A stretch of DNA of 63,423 nucleotides, the filler included. It is 4 parts of 4 records of this genome, joined end to end, with 100 filler letters (N's around TTAATTAATTAA, not from the genome) between each part and the next. Parts side by side here need not be neighbours in the genome. Positions count along the whole stretch, not along the records: positions 1 to 31,249 come from SRR2962707_3222; positions 31,350 to 48,557 come from SRR2962707_3228; 2 more parts are not named here. The stretch is one strand, 5' to 3'. Both the position numbers and the translations under genes were made by a program. The notes below the pieces were generated by a model. That model did no database searches, was not told where the DNA came from, and saw only the letters and a list, made by a program, of their open reading frames with translations. Position 1 is the stretch's first letter, and each line of letters opens with the position of its first letter. Positions 30,319-40,800 of this stretch are shown here, piece after piece.

Positions 30319-31236
30319 GTGAAAGCACCCCGAGTAACATTAGAGCAATGGCGCGTGTTACAAGCCGTTGTTGATAAAGGTGGCTTTGCCCAAGCCGCCG
30401 AAGCCTTGCATAAAAGCCAATCGTCGGTGAGTTATACGGTGGCAAAGCTGCAGGAGCAACTAGGCTATCCGCTGTTAATTATTGAAGGGCGCAAAGCGAA
30501 ATTAACCGAACGTGGAGAGGTTTTGCTGCGACGCTCTCGCCATTTAATTAAAGAAGCGGTGGACCTTGAAGAGCTTGCCAGCACCTTAGGGCAAGGTTGG
30601 GAGCCTGAACTTGAAGTTGTGGTCGATCAAGCCTTTCCGACACCGGCGTTATTGCGTGCATTAAAAGGCTTTGAGCCCCAAAGCCAAGGCACTCAAGTGC
30701 AACTAAAAGAAGTGGTTCTGAGTGGTGGCGTAGAAGCATTGAAGCAAGGACGGCCAGACCTAGTGCTCAGCAGCATAGTGCCAAAAGGCTATTTAGCCGA
30801 CCCTATTGTTGAAGTGGAAATGATCGCTGTTGCCGCGGCAGAACACCCCTTGCACCAAGAAGCCCTACCGATCAACAACGAGCGACTGAGCCGAGAACTT
30901 CAACTCGTGATCCGAGACTCCGCAGTGGAAACTTCCATGGACTCTGGTTGGCTAGGAGCCGATCGTCGTTGGACTGTATCCAGTGTGCAGTCCTCACTAG
31001 AAATTGTCACCAGCGGCATCGGCTTCGCTTGGCTGCCAAAAGCCGACTTACACGAGGCATTAGAAAGTGGAAAGTTAAAAGCGCTTAATCTTGTCTCTGG
31101 CGGCGAACGAACCTTCTACATGTACGCCATTTTCGGCAAAGGCGAACGCACCGGCCCCGCCGCCAGACTACTGGTTGAACTACTGCAAAAAGAATGCAAC
31201 CGCTGCCCAAGTAAAAGAGACTTAGAATTAACATGA
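30319..31236 (+). CDS. LysR family regulator (PA3225-like), divergent from azoR
   Basis: MKAPRVTLEQW...GGFAQAAEALHKSQSSVSY HTH, followed by a substrate-binding domain. Confidence 0.94.
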   Translation: MKAPRVTLEQWRVLQAVVDKGGFAQAAEALHKSQSSVSYTVAKLQEQLGYPLLIIEGRKAKLTERGEVLLRRSRHLIKEAVDLEELASTLGQGWEPELEVVVDQAFPTPALLRALKGFEPQSQGTQVQLKEVVLSGGVEALKQGRPDLVLSSIVPKGYLADPIVEVEMIAVAAAEHPLHQEALPINNERLSRELQLVIRDSAVETSMDSGWLGADRRWTVSSVQSSLEIVTSGIGFAWLPKADLHEALESGKLKALNLVSGGERTFYMYAIFGKGERTGPAARLLVELLQKECNRCPSKRDLELT

Positions 31237-31249
31237 CTCAACCAACTTG

Positions 31250-31349
31250 NNNNNNNNNNNNNNNNNNNNNNNNNNNNNNNNNNNNNNNNNNNNTTAATTA
31301 ATTAANNNNNNNNNNNNNNNNNNNNNNNNNNNNNNNNNNNNNNNNNNNN
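31250..31349. other. Artificial contig linker
   Basis: 44 N + TTAATTAATTAA (stops in all six frames) + 44 N. Confidence 0.99.
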
Positions 31350-31361
31350 ACGAGATAACGA

Positions 31362-32705
31362 ATGGTTGATGGCACCACAGCCTCTGCTGGCGGCGTTGGA
31401 AATGGCGGTGATGAAAATGCGCGCCCAGCCGGGATCGTCAGGCGGGTCGTCAATTGGCTGCACGACGTTCTTCAACGGTTTCAGACCGGTTTGCTGATCA
31501 CGATCTTTTTTGTGCTGATTGGTATGATCGCGTTAGCACCACAAATCTTTATCACCATCCCGTCGGGGCATGTCGGGGTTATGTGGTATCGGTTCTTTGG
31601 CGGGACTGTTGTTGAACATACCTATGGTGAAGGGGTTCAGTTAATCTTCCCGTGGGATGAAATGTTCATCTATGACGCCCGTTTGCAAAATCAGGCACGT
31701 GTCTATGACACGATTTCATCGAACGGTCTTTCGATGGAAGTTGATATTGCTGTACGGTATCGCATCAACCGCGAAGCGGCCGGTATGCTCCATAAACTTG
31801 TCGGGCCGAATTACCCGGAAGTTCTTGTTTATCCGGAAATCGGATCGCATGCGCGTGAGTTGATTTCACGCTATACCCCTGAACAGCTTTACACCGAAAC
31901 CCGTGCCTTTATTCAGGCGGAAATTCTTGAACGGATGGTCAATCAACTTGGCTCTTCACTGGTCAATCAAAGTTTTCAGGGACGGTTGGTCACGGTTGAG
32001 GATGTCTTGATCCGGTCGGTAAAACTGCCAGAGCGTGTCGCCGATGCGATCGAGCGTAAAGCCGAACAGTATCAGGCCATGCTGGAATATGATTTCCGAC
32101 TGGCACGCGAAGAAAAAGAAAAGCAGCGTAAAAAAATTGAAGCTGAAGGTATTCGTGAGTTTCAGGATATCGTCGCCAAAACGATCACCGAAGAATATCT
32201 GCGTTTGCGCGGTATTGAAGCCACCATGTCGCTGGCAACATCGAAAAACAGCAAAACGATTATCATTGGTGGTCGGGATGGTCTGCCGGTTATCTTAAAT
32301 ACTGCGGATGCGCCTGGATCATCGCGGGAGTCCGAAGAATCAGGCGCCGAATTGACCGGTGATCAGGAAAATACATTGCCATCGGCAAGTGATTTCAATG
32401 CCCGTGGCGGGGAGATTTCACCACAGAATGCGATCTCACCGGGATTGCGCGAACCGGGTTCAGGCCGTGGATCGTCTGCTGCAATCCCGGAACCGGCGAT
32501 GAAACCAAACGCATCGCAGCCTGCTTCGGCATCGCAGACGGCTCCTTCCGGTTCAGCGCCGGAACAACCAGCCGCGCCGGGCACAATGCAAAAAGTCATG
32601 CAGTCCATTGCGCCGATCTATGATGCGTCGAGTTCCGCTGCAGGAGCCCCCGCCGGGCGCGAACCCGCAGCACAACCTGAGATGAAGGCAGACATTAAAC
32701 AGTAA
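31362..32705 (+). CDS. SPFH/prohibitin family membrane protein with low-complexity C-terminal tail
   Basis: TM helix, IPSGHVGV..RFFGG...EGVQLIFPW, IRSVKLP, AIERK..EAEGI coiled coil; Pro/Ala/Ser-rich tail of about 130 aa. Confidence 0.9.
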   Translation: MVDGTTASAGGVGNGGDENARPAGIVRRVVNWLHDVLQRFQTGLLITIFFVLIGMIALAPQIFITIPSGHVGVMWYRFFGGTVVEHTYGEGVQLIFPWDEMFIYDARLQNQARVYDTISSNGLSMEVDIAVRYRINREAAGMLHKLVGPNYPEVLVYPEIGSHARELISRYTPEQLYTETRAFIQAEILERMVNQLGSSLVNQSFQGRLVTVEDVLIRSVKLPERVADAIERKAEQYQAMLEYDFRLAREEKEKQRKKIEAEGIREFQDIVAKTITEEYLRLRGIEATMSLATSKNSKTIIIGGRDGLPVILNTADAPGSSRESEESGAELTGDQENTLPSASDFNARGGEISPQNAISPGLREPGSGRGSSAAIPEPAMKPNASQPASASQTAPSGSAPEQPAAPGTMQKVMQSIAPIYDASSSAAGAPAGREPAAQPEMKADIKQ

Positions 32706-32810
32706 TGGTTTCTGTCGATTGCGATAAACTATAAGTTGGGTTAAACTGCTGACAGTATATATTTTTAATAGCTTACCTGTCGGCCAACAGATACTTGCAA
32801 AGAGGCGATT

Positions 32811-33374
32811 ATGAGCGAAGCAGAGAACGTTGAAGAGACTGAAGAAGTTGCGCTAGAAGAAGCAGCCGAACTCCGCGCTTTGGTGCGCGGGTGCATTCAT
32901 CGTCACGCTGCTTACGCAGCAGTTGGCGGGCTTGTCCCAATTCCTTTCCTTGAAATGGCGACAAGCAGCACAATCCAGCTTCGTATGGTTGCGAAGCTTT
33001 GTGATGCTTACGGTATTCCCTTCTCGGAAAATGCAATCAAGAGTTCCATCTCGACCTTGGTGGCAACTGTTCTGCCGGTTACCGGTGTCGGTTATGCCAC
33101 GGCGAGCCTGATCCGTCGGGTGCCGGTTGTCGGGACGATCTTTGGTGTTGTTGCAATGCCAACTTTTGCGGCTGCATGCACCTATGCGCTTGGTCGTGTG
33201 TTTGCATGGCATTTTGCGAAGGGTGGCACGGTTGCCAACTTTGACGCAGATGAAGCATCTGAGAAATTCCAAGATGAGTTTGCAGAAGGCAAACGTAAGG
33301 CATCGGAATTTGTTAAGGGTAGCAAAACGACAACTGCCAAGTCGACCGGTGGGGCAGCTACTGCCAAAGCGTAA
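32811..33374 (+). CDS. DUF697/YcjF-family protein
   Basis: GLVPIPFL...IQLRMVAKLCDAYG.PF...PVVG...TYALGRVF..HF; AGAGG RBS. Confidence 0.82.
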   Translation: MSEAENVEETEEVALEEAAELRALVRGCIHRHAAYAAVGGLVPIPFLEMATSSTIQLRMVAKLCDAYGIPFSENAIKSSISTLVATVLPVTGVGYATASLIRRVPVVGTIFGVVAMPTFAAACTYALGRVFAWHFAKGGTVANFDADEASEKFQDEFAEGKRKASEFVKGSKTTTAKSTGGAATAKA

Positions 33375-33408
33375 CGGTTTTCGTAAACCGGAACACTGAT
33401 ATTATTCG

Positions 33409-33446
33409 GAAATGCCCAAAGCATGCTTTGGGCATTTCTTTTGTTT
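33409..33446 (+). terminator. Terminator after the DUF697 gene
   Basis: Perfect 30-nt palindrome GAAATGCCCAAAGCATGCTTTGGGCATTTC followed by TTTTGTTT. Confidence 0.85.
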
Positions 33447-33488
33447 GTGGGGCAATGAGTATCCTGTTTCGCCAAATGAGGTCTTAAA

Positions 33489-34268
33489 TTGCTTGTGCCT
33501 AACGCCGTTAAAATTCAGACCTTGCTGATGGATCGACCGATTGCTTCAGACAGCTTTGACGCGCCTGATCTTTTGCGGGCAACATTGGCTGTAATTGACC
33601 TTGATGCGGTGAATAGCCCTGCCAATGATGCCGCCTTGATCCGTTCATATTTTCATCCACGCGAAATGGATCGTCGCGACAGGTTCGAACATATGCGCCG
33701 CAAGGACAGCTATACGGCTGGACGTTTGGCCGCAAAGTTGGCACTTAAACACCATAGCCCATCCGCAGACATGCAAAAAATCTCTGTTGAAAACGGTGTT
33801 TTTGATCAGCCAATTCTGCTGGCGGATAGCTCGGCAAGTGATGTTGCGCAATTGGGAATTTCAATCTCGCATTCAGCCAGCTATGCCGTGGCGTTGATTT
33901 TTCATCGGGCCCATCCAATGGGGGTCGATATCGATTTACCAACGCAGCAGGATATTGCCCCTGTCCTGTCCGGCCTTGATGAGAAGACGCAACGTCGGTT
34001 TGCGGACCTTGGTCTGTCGGATGTCGCGTGCGCCAGTCTGATCTGGACTGCCCGGGAAAGTCTGGCAAAGGCGCTTACGACTGGAATGATGACACCGCTC
34101 GCACTTTATTGTTCATCAAATATCACGCGACAGGGAAATTGTTTTGTCCTGCATTATGAGAATTTTGCGCAATACAAAACACATGTCTGGCCGGGAAAGA
34201 AGGGGTGGCTTGCCCTGACAATGCCAGCCCGGACCGACATGAAAACTGCCGATCCGGACTGGGATTAA
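33489..34268 (+). CDS. Sfp-type 4'-phosphopantetheinyl transferase (TtcD-like)
   Basis: GRLAAKLAL, NGVFDQP, ISISHS, MGVDID, WTARESLAK; convergent with the NRPS; GAGG RBS before the TTG start. Confidence 0.9.
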   Translation: MLVPNAVKIQTLLMDRPIASDSFDAPDLLRATLAVIDLDAVNSPANDAALIRSYFHPREMDRRDRFEHMRRKDSYTAGRLAAKLALKHHSPSADMQKISVENGVFDQPILLADSSASDVAQLGISISHSASYAVALIFHRAHPMGVDIDLPTQQDIAPVLSGLDEKTQRRFADLGLSDVACASLIWTARESLAKALTTGMMTPLALYCSSNITRQGNCFVLHYENFAQYKTHVWPGKKGWLALTMPARTDMKTADPDWD

Positions 34269-34326
34269 CTGTGCAACATCGTCTGGCAAGAATGTAAAAT
34301 TGAACGAACTTTCAAAGCAATCCCAT

Positions 34327-37300
34327 CTAGTTCGTGCGGATCATTTGTTCCCGAATGGCATTCGCCACGGGACGGACATCGGGCCCAGTGATCATCGTTC
34401 CATGTGTTCCCGGCACCATGGCGAGTGAGATGTTGTTTTCAACAAAACCAAGCCAGCCGTTAAAGTCATCTTTTGCCATATAGGGCGCACCCCGAACAAC
34501 GGTTTCAGGTCGGATCAGCAATACGTCGATATCATCGATTTTCGGTGGAACATAATGCACAGCGGCGAGCGCATTGTTCTGAAATACCGCAAGCAATCGA
34601 CGCATTGTATTGCGGTCCGCCCCTTGGGGCAAAAGATCAGATTTTTTGCCTTGGTCCAAAAGATAGTCAATACGTTCTTCCGGGGTCAGAGGGCGGAGTT
34701 CTTCAGATTTAACGATGCCGAGTTCGCCAAAGACGTCAGCAAGATATTCAGCCTCGTCCTTGCGCAGCATCTCTCGCACGGAATCAGGAATTGCAATCGC
34801 ATCAAGCAATGTAATGCTGCGAACATCTATCCCCATCTGAGACAGTCGATGCCCGGCCTCGAATGCAAGTAACCCGCCAAAGCTCCAGCCGGTCACACGT
34901 ACCGGTCCCTTGGGAACAGCTTCCTGGATTGCAGGAAGATAGTAAGCGACCATTTCTTCAACGGTCGGATTTAAAGACTGGCCGCCGTCCAGACCGCGTG
35001 CCTCAACCATGTATATCGGCTGTTCCGGTCCCAACGTTTGTGCAAGTTTCTGGTAACACAGAATGTTGCCGCCCACCGGGTGGAAACATATCATCGGGAT
35101 ATCTTTACCGTTCGGATTAACCGAAACAACCGGGCTTTTGGCCTTTTCATCTTGCCTGCGTGTTTCGATACGTGCGGCAAGTTTGGCAACAGATGAACAA
35201 CTGAACAGGTCGCTGAGCGGGATTTTGACATCGACCGCGTGCTGGATCTTGGACAGAAACTGAACTGCCAACACGCTATGGCCGCCAAGTTCAAAGAAAT
35301 CAGCATGTGCATCGCTGATTGCACAATCAAGAACAGCTCCCATCAGTTTGGCAACTTGATGTTCAAGGTCGGACTGAAGGGGAACAACAGGGCGTGTTGA
35401 TGCAGCAGTTCGGCTTCCTGCCGGCTCGGGGAGCTTTGATTGGTCAACTTTGCCATTTGACGTTAATGGCATCTGATCAAGGCAAATGATGTAGCCGGGA
35501 ACCATGTAGGATGGCAGGGTCTGTTCAAGTTGGGTGCGGCAGTTCGCAACGTCAAAGCCATCGTCAGTTGTGACGTAAGCAACAATGGTTTCTGTGCCTT
35601 GATGATCTGCTTTGTGCAGGATGACGGTTGCACGGTTGACCAGCGGGTGCTTGGTGAGTGCGGATTCAATTTCGCCCAACTCGACCCGGTTGCCGCGTAT
35701 TTTGATCTGGCTGTCTTCACGGCCGATAAAGACGATTTCGCCGTCGTTGCGTCTGCGGCCAATGTCACCACTGCGATACCAGCGACTTCCATCCGGACGG
35801 GTAATGAATTTCAATTCACTTTGGTGGCGATCTTTTAAATATCCGCGGGCAACGCCTGCTCCCCCAATCAGTATTTCACCAGGGACACCGTTGGGAAGGG
35901 GACGGTTTTTCGAATCACAGATATCAACGCGTACACCTTTGATAGCACTTCCGATCGGCGGAGGCAGGATCTGACGGAAATTATTGGCCGTCATGACATA
36001 TTGCGCGGCTGAGACGCAGCATTCTGTCGGCCCATAAGCATTTATCAGTTTGCAGCGGCTATGTTCGGGGTGGGTAAAGAATTGCTCGACAAGGTCGGTC
36101 GATACCGGCTCTCCGCCCAAAACGACCATCTTTGCTTGGCAGGCTTGCCCCGATTGTTGCCAGTATCTCAGCAACAGGAAGAACAAGCTTGGTGTCGCGT
36201 CAAGCTGATCTATTTTCTGACGGACCACGAAATCATGCAAAGATTCAGGGTCAGTACGGGTGTCAAAACCGGGAATATGCAGGCTATGACCGTTCAAAAT
36301 GGCTGAGAAAATCTGAACAATTGATCCATCAAAAGCAAACGGCGCAACACATGTAAGGTTCAGGCTGATGTCGGGACTGTCCGTTGCGATAAGATCAAGC
36401 TGCGTCTCACGGACGGAACGGGCAAGGTTGACCACTGATCCATGCTCGATCATTACCCCTTTTGGGGTGCCGGTTGTCCCACTGGTAAACAGGACATAGG
36501 CAAGGTCAGAAGGGGTCGACACGCGGGGAACGCGGGGAAATTGCGCATCATCAAAACGCGTTAGGTTGGATGCATCATATCGCTGTTTTGATCCGGTCGT
36601 AGGCGTGATGGTTCTGTCCGGGGTAAGGACAAGATCAAAGGTATATGGGGCGGGATCAAAACCCGGCGCGTTTATGACCGATCGCTGTGTCGCAAATCCA
36701 CCATGTTCGGCCGCCCAGTCCTTGATGAAGGCTTCGGAAACAAACAAGTCTTCAAGGAAATCAAGACGGGTTTCATATCCCTTACCGGCATTGTCAGTGG
36801 CAAATTGTGCAAGATCGCCGAGATAGTCGTCACGACGATCAGCATCCCAGACATTGCCAAGGTAAATGGCACCATTTGGTGCCAGAAGTTTGGCCGCTTT
36901 TGCCAGTACCTGCCGAAGATAGCCAAATCCCGGGAAGTTTTCGATGACGCTGTTCAGGATGATCAGGTCAAACGAACCTTCTTCAAACACGTCAATATCA
37001 TGCGCAGCCAACTGGCGGCCCATCACATGAGACATACCGGATTTGATCGCAAGTTCTTCGGTGCGTTCGACATTGCGCCGCGATAGATCTGTTGCGACAT
37101 AGCGCCCGACAACCGGGGCAACATGCTTCATCGTAAAGCCCGAAGCACAACCGATTTCAAGAACCTTTGCATTGTCTGAAACCAGATTGGACACCTTGTC
37201 TCGCGCATTGGCGCCAAAGGCATCCATCGCAGACTGATCAATCGGCTGTCCTGTGAACGCGCTTTTCCACCCGCCCGCAAGAACATTGTCGGCATCATCC

Positions 37301-37839
37301 CCGGCAAGGTGATCCCATAATTCGATCGACATCAGGGAGCCGGGCAATTCGGTAATGCTGTCAATCGCATCGTGATCAACACACAGAATATGATCAATAC
37401 ATGCACAGCGCCATTGCATCTGATGCAAATCACCGACATTGGCTTTGTCAGCCAGAACAAGCGGGATTTCGCCATTGCGTGCGATTGAAATACGGCGCGC
37501 CAAAGGAACAGTGGGATCAAGCGGAACAAACGCGTGGCCGGATTTCAGAACACCAAGGATCGCGGCGATGTAATGACGATTGCGTCCTGTCATCACGCCA
37601 ATCAAAGCCTCACCTGACAGGTTCAGGGTGGTGATGAAATTGGCAATCTGTGTGCTCAGAACATCTAGATTGTTGTACGAAAAACTGCCGGTTTCATCCG
37701 CAACGGCAATGTTATTGGGACAGGACGACGCAACCGAGACAAATGCATCAACGATGCTGCCAAGGTCTGCACCCTTTGAAGAGTCCGGTTCAATCAGGGC
37801 CGTTTCCAAACTGTCAAAGTCAAAGTCGGCAATCTTCAT
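34327..37839 (-). CDS. Terminal NRPS: A domain interrupted by a methyltransferase, then T and TE (TtcC-like)
   Basis: A2 LKSGHAFVPLDP; SAM motif VLEIGCASG; A3 YVLFTSGTTGTPKG; NAYGPTE; YRSGD; NGKVD; T GGHS; TE GWSFG. The ATG overlaps the upstream stop (TGATG). Confidence 0.93.
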   Translation of the reverse strand: MKIADFDFDSLETALIEPDSSKGADLGSIVDAFVSVASSCPNNIAVADETGSFSYNNLDVLSTQIANFITTLNLSGEALIGVMTGRNRHYIAAILGVLKSGHAFVPLDPTVPLARRISIARNGEIPLVLADKANVGDLHQMQWRCACIDHILCVDHDAIDSITELPGSLMSIELWDHLAGDDADNVLAGGWKSAFTGQPIDQSAMDAFGANARDKVSNLVSDNAKVLEIGCASGFTMKHVAPVVGRYVATDLSRRNVERTEELAIKSGMSHVMGRQLAAHDIDVFEEGSFDLIILNSVIENFPGFGYLRQVLAKAAKLLAPNGAIYLGNVWDADRRDDYLGDLAQFATDNAGKGYETRLDFLEDLFVSEAFIKDWAAEHGGFATQRSVINAPGFDPAPYTFDLVLTPDRTITPTTGSKQRYDASNLTRFDDAQFPRVPRVSTPSDLAYVLFTSGTTGTPKGVMIEHGSVVNLARSVRETQLDLIATDSPDISLNLTCVAPFAFDGSIVQIFSAILNGHSLHIPGFDTRTDPESLHDFVVRQKIDQLDATPSLFFLLLRYWQQSGQACQAKMVVLGGEPVSTDLVEQFFTHPEHSRCKLINAYGPTECCVSAAQYVMTANNFRQILPPPIGSAIKGVRVDICDSKNRPLPNGVPGEILIGGAGVARGYLKDRHQSELKFITRPDGSRWYRSGDIGRRRNDGEIVFIGREDSQIKIRGNRVELGEIESALTKHPLVNRATVILHKADHQGTETIVAYVTTDDGFDVANCRTQLEQTLPSYMVPGYIICLDQMPLTSNGKVDQSKLPEPAGSRTAASTRPVVPLQSDLEHQVAKLMGAVLDCAISDAHADFFELGGHSVLAVQFLSKIQHAVDVKIPLSDLFSCSSVAKLAARIETRRQDEKAKSPVVSVNPNGKDIPMICFHPVGGNILCYQKLAQTLGPEQPIYMVEARGLDGGQSLNPTVEEMVAYYLPAIQEAVPKGPVRVTGWSFGGLLAFEAGHRLSQMGIDVRSITLLDAIAIPDSVREMLRKDEAEYLADVFGELGIVKSEELRPLTPEERIDYLLDQGKKSDLLPQGADRNTMRRLLAVFQNNALAAVHYVPPKIDDIDVLLIRPETVVRGAPYMAKDDFNGWLGFVENNISLAMVPGTHGTMITGPDVRPVANAIREQMIRTN

Positions 37840-40800
37840 CAATCGGTCCCTTTGGGTGTTTTACTCGTTGCGTTCTGAGCAGCGGCTTCGGCAAATCTGG
37901 ACAAAAATGCCAACCAGCGCTGCATTGTTTCCGCGTTAAACAGATCAGTGTCGTATTCCAGTGTGAAGCGTGCCTGATTGGCTTCTTCTGTCAGGAACAG
38001 GATGATGTCATGTTTGGCCGCAGTATTGTCGACAAACTCATCCATATTGTCAGGCAGGATACCTTGATGGCCCGGCCTCGTCACGGGAAGTCCCTTGCTG
38101 CTGCCTTCATCAGTTAGTGCGCCAAACCGCTGATACTCGAAAACAACATTCATAAGCGGTTGGCGGTTTCCATGACGCTTGGGCGCGATGGCGCGGACCA
38201 ACTCATCAAACGGATAATCCTGCCGATCAAGTGCGGCTGTAATATTTGAATGAACACTATCGATCAGTGATGATAGTTCCGTTTCCGAATTCATCTGAAC
38301 GCGGATCGGCAGAACATTAACAAAGAACCCGATTAATCCTTCTGTCTCGGTTCTTTCCCGCCCGGCGACGCCCATTCCAATGACCATATCTTCCTGACGG
38401 GTAAGACGATACAGCATTGCAGAGAACAGTGCCATGCCGACAGCGGAAAGAGTGGTGTTATGCGTTCGTGCCAATGTGTGCAGGCCATGCAACACGTCAT
38501 CTTTGATCATCATGTGCGCATGTGCGCCGCGATATGACTGTATGGCGGGGTGTTGGTGATCCGTCGGCAATGCAATGGTGTCTGGTGCGCCTTGGAGTTT
38601 GTCGCGCCAGTAACTTTCTGCTTTTGTCCAATCTTGTAAGGATTGCCAGTTGGCAAAATCCTTGTAACTGATTGGAAGAGGTGCCAGATCAGGTGCCTGT
38701 TCTGTCACTGCAGCCTGATAGAATGCGCCGAGTTCATTTACAAGAATGCGTGATGACCAGCCATCCCCGACAATGTGATGGGTTGCAATGACCAGCAGTT
38801 CCTCATCATTGGAAACCTTGATGATATGTGCGCGGATCAATGGCGGTTGTTCGAGCAAGATGGGGGTTGCGGCCTCTTGACGGGTCAGGCGAAGTGCTTC
38901 ACGGGCAATGGTTTGATGCTTTGAAATGTCGCTGAATTTGACGTCCGGCATTGATGTCGGATGGATGCGCTGGCTTATAATGCCATCTTGTTCGATAAAC
39001 TCGGTTCGCAAAGTTTCGTGGCGCTCAATCAGGCCGCGTAGTGCGGTTGCAAGTTCGTCTTGTTGCAACGAACCATCGCACCGCAGGACAAACAACATGC
39101 CATATGCACCGCTATTCTGATCCATCTTTGATAAAAGATAGAGCCGCTTCTGAGCATGACTGGCAGGATAAACCGCCATGGCAGGAGCGGCTGGAATAGT
39201 GTTGTGTTCTGTAGTTGAGGCAGGCGCCATATCCCGCGCAATCAGGTTGGCCAATTCCGCAATCGTGGGGTTGGCAAAGAAATCAGCCATGCTGATACGT
39301 TTGCCTGTTCGATCTGTCAGTCGGTTGACGATACGGATCGCCATAAGACTGTGTCCACCAAGCGCAACAAAGCTGGTGGCCGGATCGGTAATCTCGGTTT
39401 TGAACACCTCGCTGAAGACTTGGGCAACGATGGCTTGGAATTGCAAAGCATCGTCTGATCCCGTCAATTCCATAGGGCCGGGGGCTGGAGCCACCGGCGT
39501 TATATTTGCTGCGCTGCTATCCCAGAACTGAAGTGTATCAATCGCCCTGTGGGCCGGTAAGGAAATGTGATCAAGGGTTTCTTGGCCCGACTGGATCAGT
39601 CGTTGCAAGGTGCCGACAAAAACCCCACCCAACGCCTTGATCGAGGTGCTGTCGAACATCTCCGCATAGTAGTCGAATGCGATCGTCATTCTGTCTGGCA
39701 GGTCGCGGACAAAGATTGAAATGTCATTTTTGCAATGATGGCGATCAATCTGAACATACTGTGGCGATGAGCCGGTATGTTCCGGTGCCATCTTGCTTGC
39801 TTCATAGTTCATATAGGACACGGAAACTTCCGAAAGCAAGGTCCGGTCAGGTGCGGCTGGGGGAGCAAGATCGGCCAAAAGTTGATCAAGGAAATAGGCA
39901 CGGTGACGCATGGCACCAACATGGGCTTCTTGCATGCGGGTTAGCAGGTTCGCGATTGTCTCATCTGCATCCAGCTTCATGCGCAAAGGTAGTAAGGAGA
40001 CCATCATTCCGGGGATGTTCCGGAAACCCGTTGCATCACGTGAATCCACCGGGACACTAATGACCAGATCATCGGTCCTGGCGATGCGTCCAAGAATGGT
40101 AAACCATGTTGCCATGACGAGCGTGAACATGGTGACACGCTGACTGGATGCGAATTTGCGGGCATCACGCAGCAAGTCAACATCGACTTCGAAGCTGGTG
40201 ATTGCCCCATCAAATGTATGATAGGCCGGACGCGGACGATCTGATGGCAGATCAAGTTTCGGTATGCGGTCCGCATATATTTTCTGCCAATATTCCTTGG
40301 CAGCACTTAGCCGAGTTTGATTTTCGTCTGTATGGCTCCACCATGCGTAGTCATGCAATTGGTATTTTAGAGGGGCCAGCGTCGCTCCGGAATAAAGGCC
40401 AAACAGTTCACCAAAAATAACCTCGGTCGTGAAGCCATCAGCCATGACGTGATGAATATCAAAGAACACCAGTGTTCTTCCAAAATCATCACGCAGGATA
40501 TTCCAGCGAACAGGAAGCTCATTTTCAAGATCGAACGGCTTGATCAGCGCGCTGCAGGCATCTTCAACTGTGCTTGAAACGGTTTGAACCGTAAGATCAG
40601 GCATTGCCTGATCTGCGGGCAGAATTTCCATCTGCCAGCTTTCATTGGCATCATTGCTGATGATGCGGGTGCGCAGTATTTCGTGACGTTCGGTCAAGCT
40701 GCGGATGGCTGGTACCAAGCGGCCAACATCAATGCTGTCCCCCAAACGAAACGCATTGGGCAGGTTAAAGGCCGTGCCCATATTGCCTTTTTGGGCAGCA

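Noticed and set aside
31233..31249. Possible next gene (ATG overlapping the LysR stop, MTQPT...)
   Set aside because: Only five codons before the contig end, so it cannot be supported or named.
31294..31305. TTAATTAATTAA palindrome occurring three times
   Set aside because: It is embedded in N-runs and is a synthetic six-frame-stop linker, not a biological repeat or att site.
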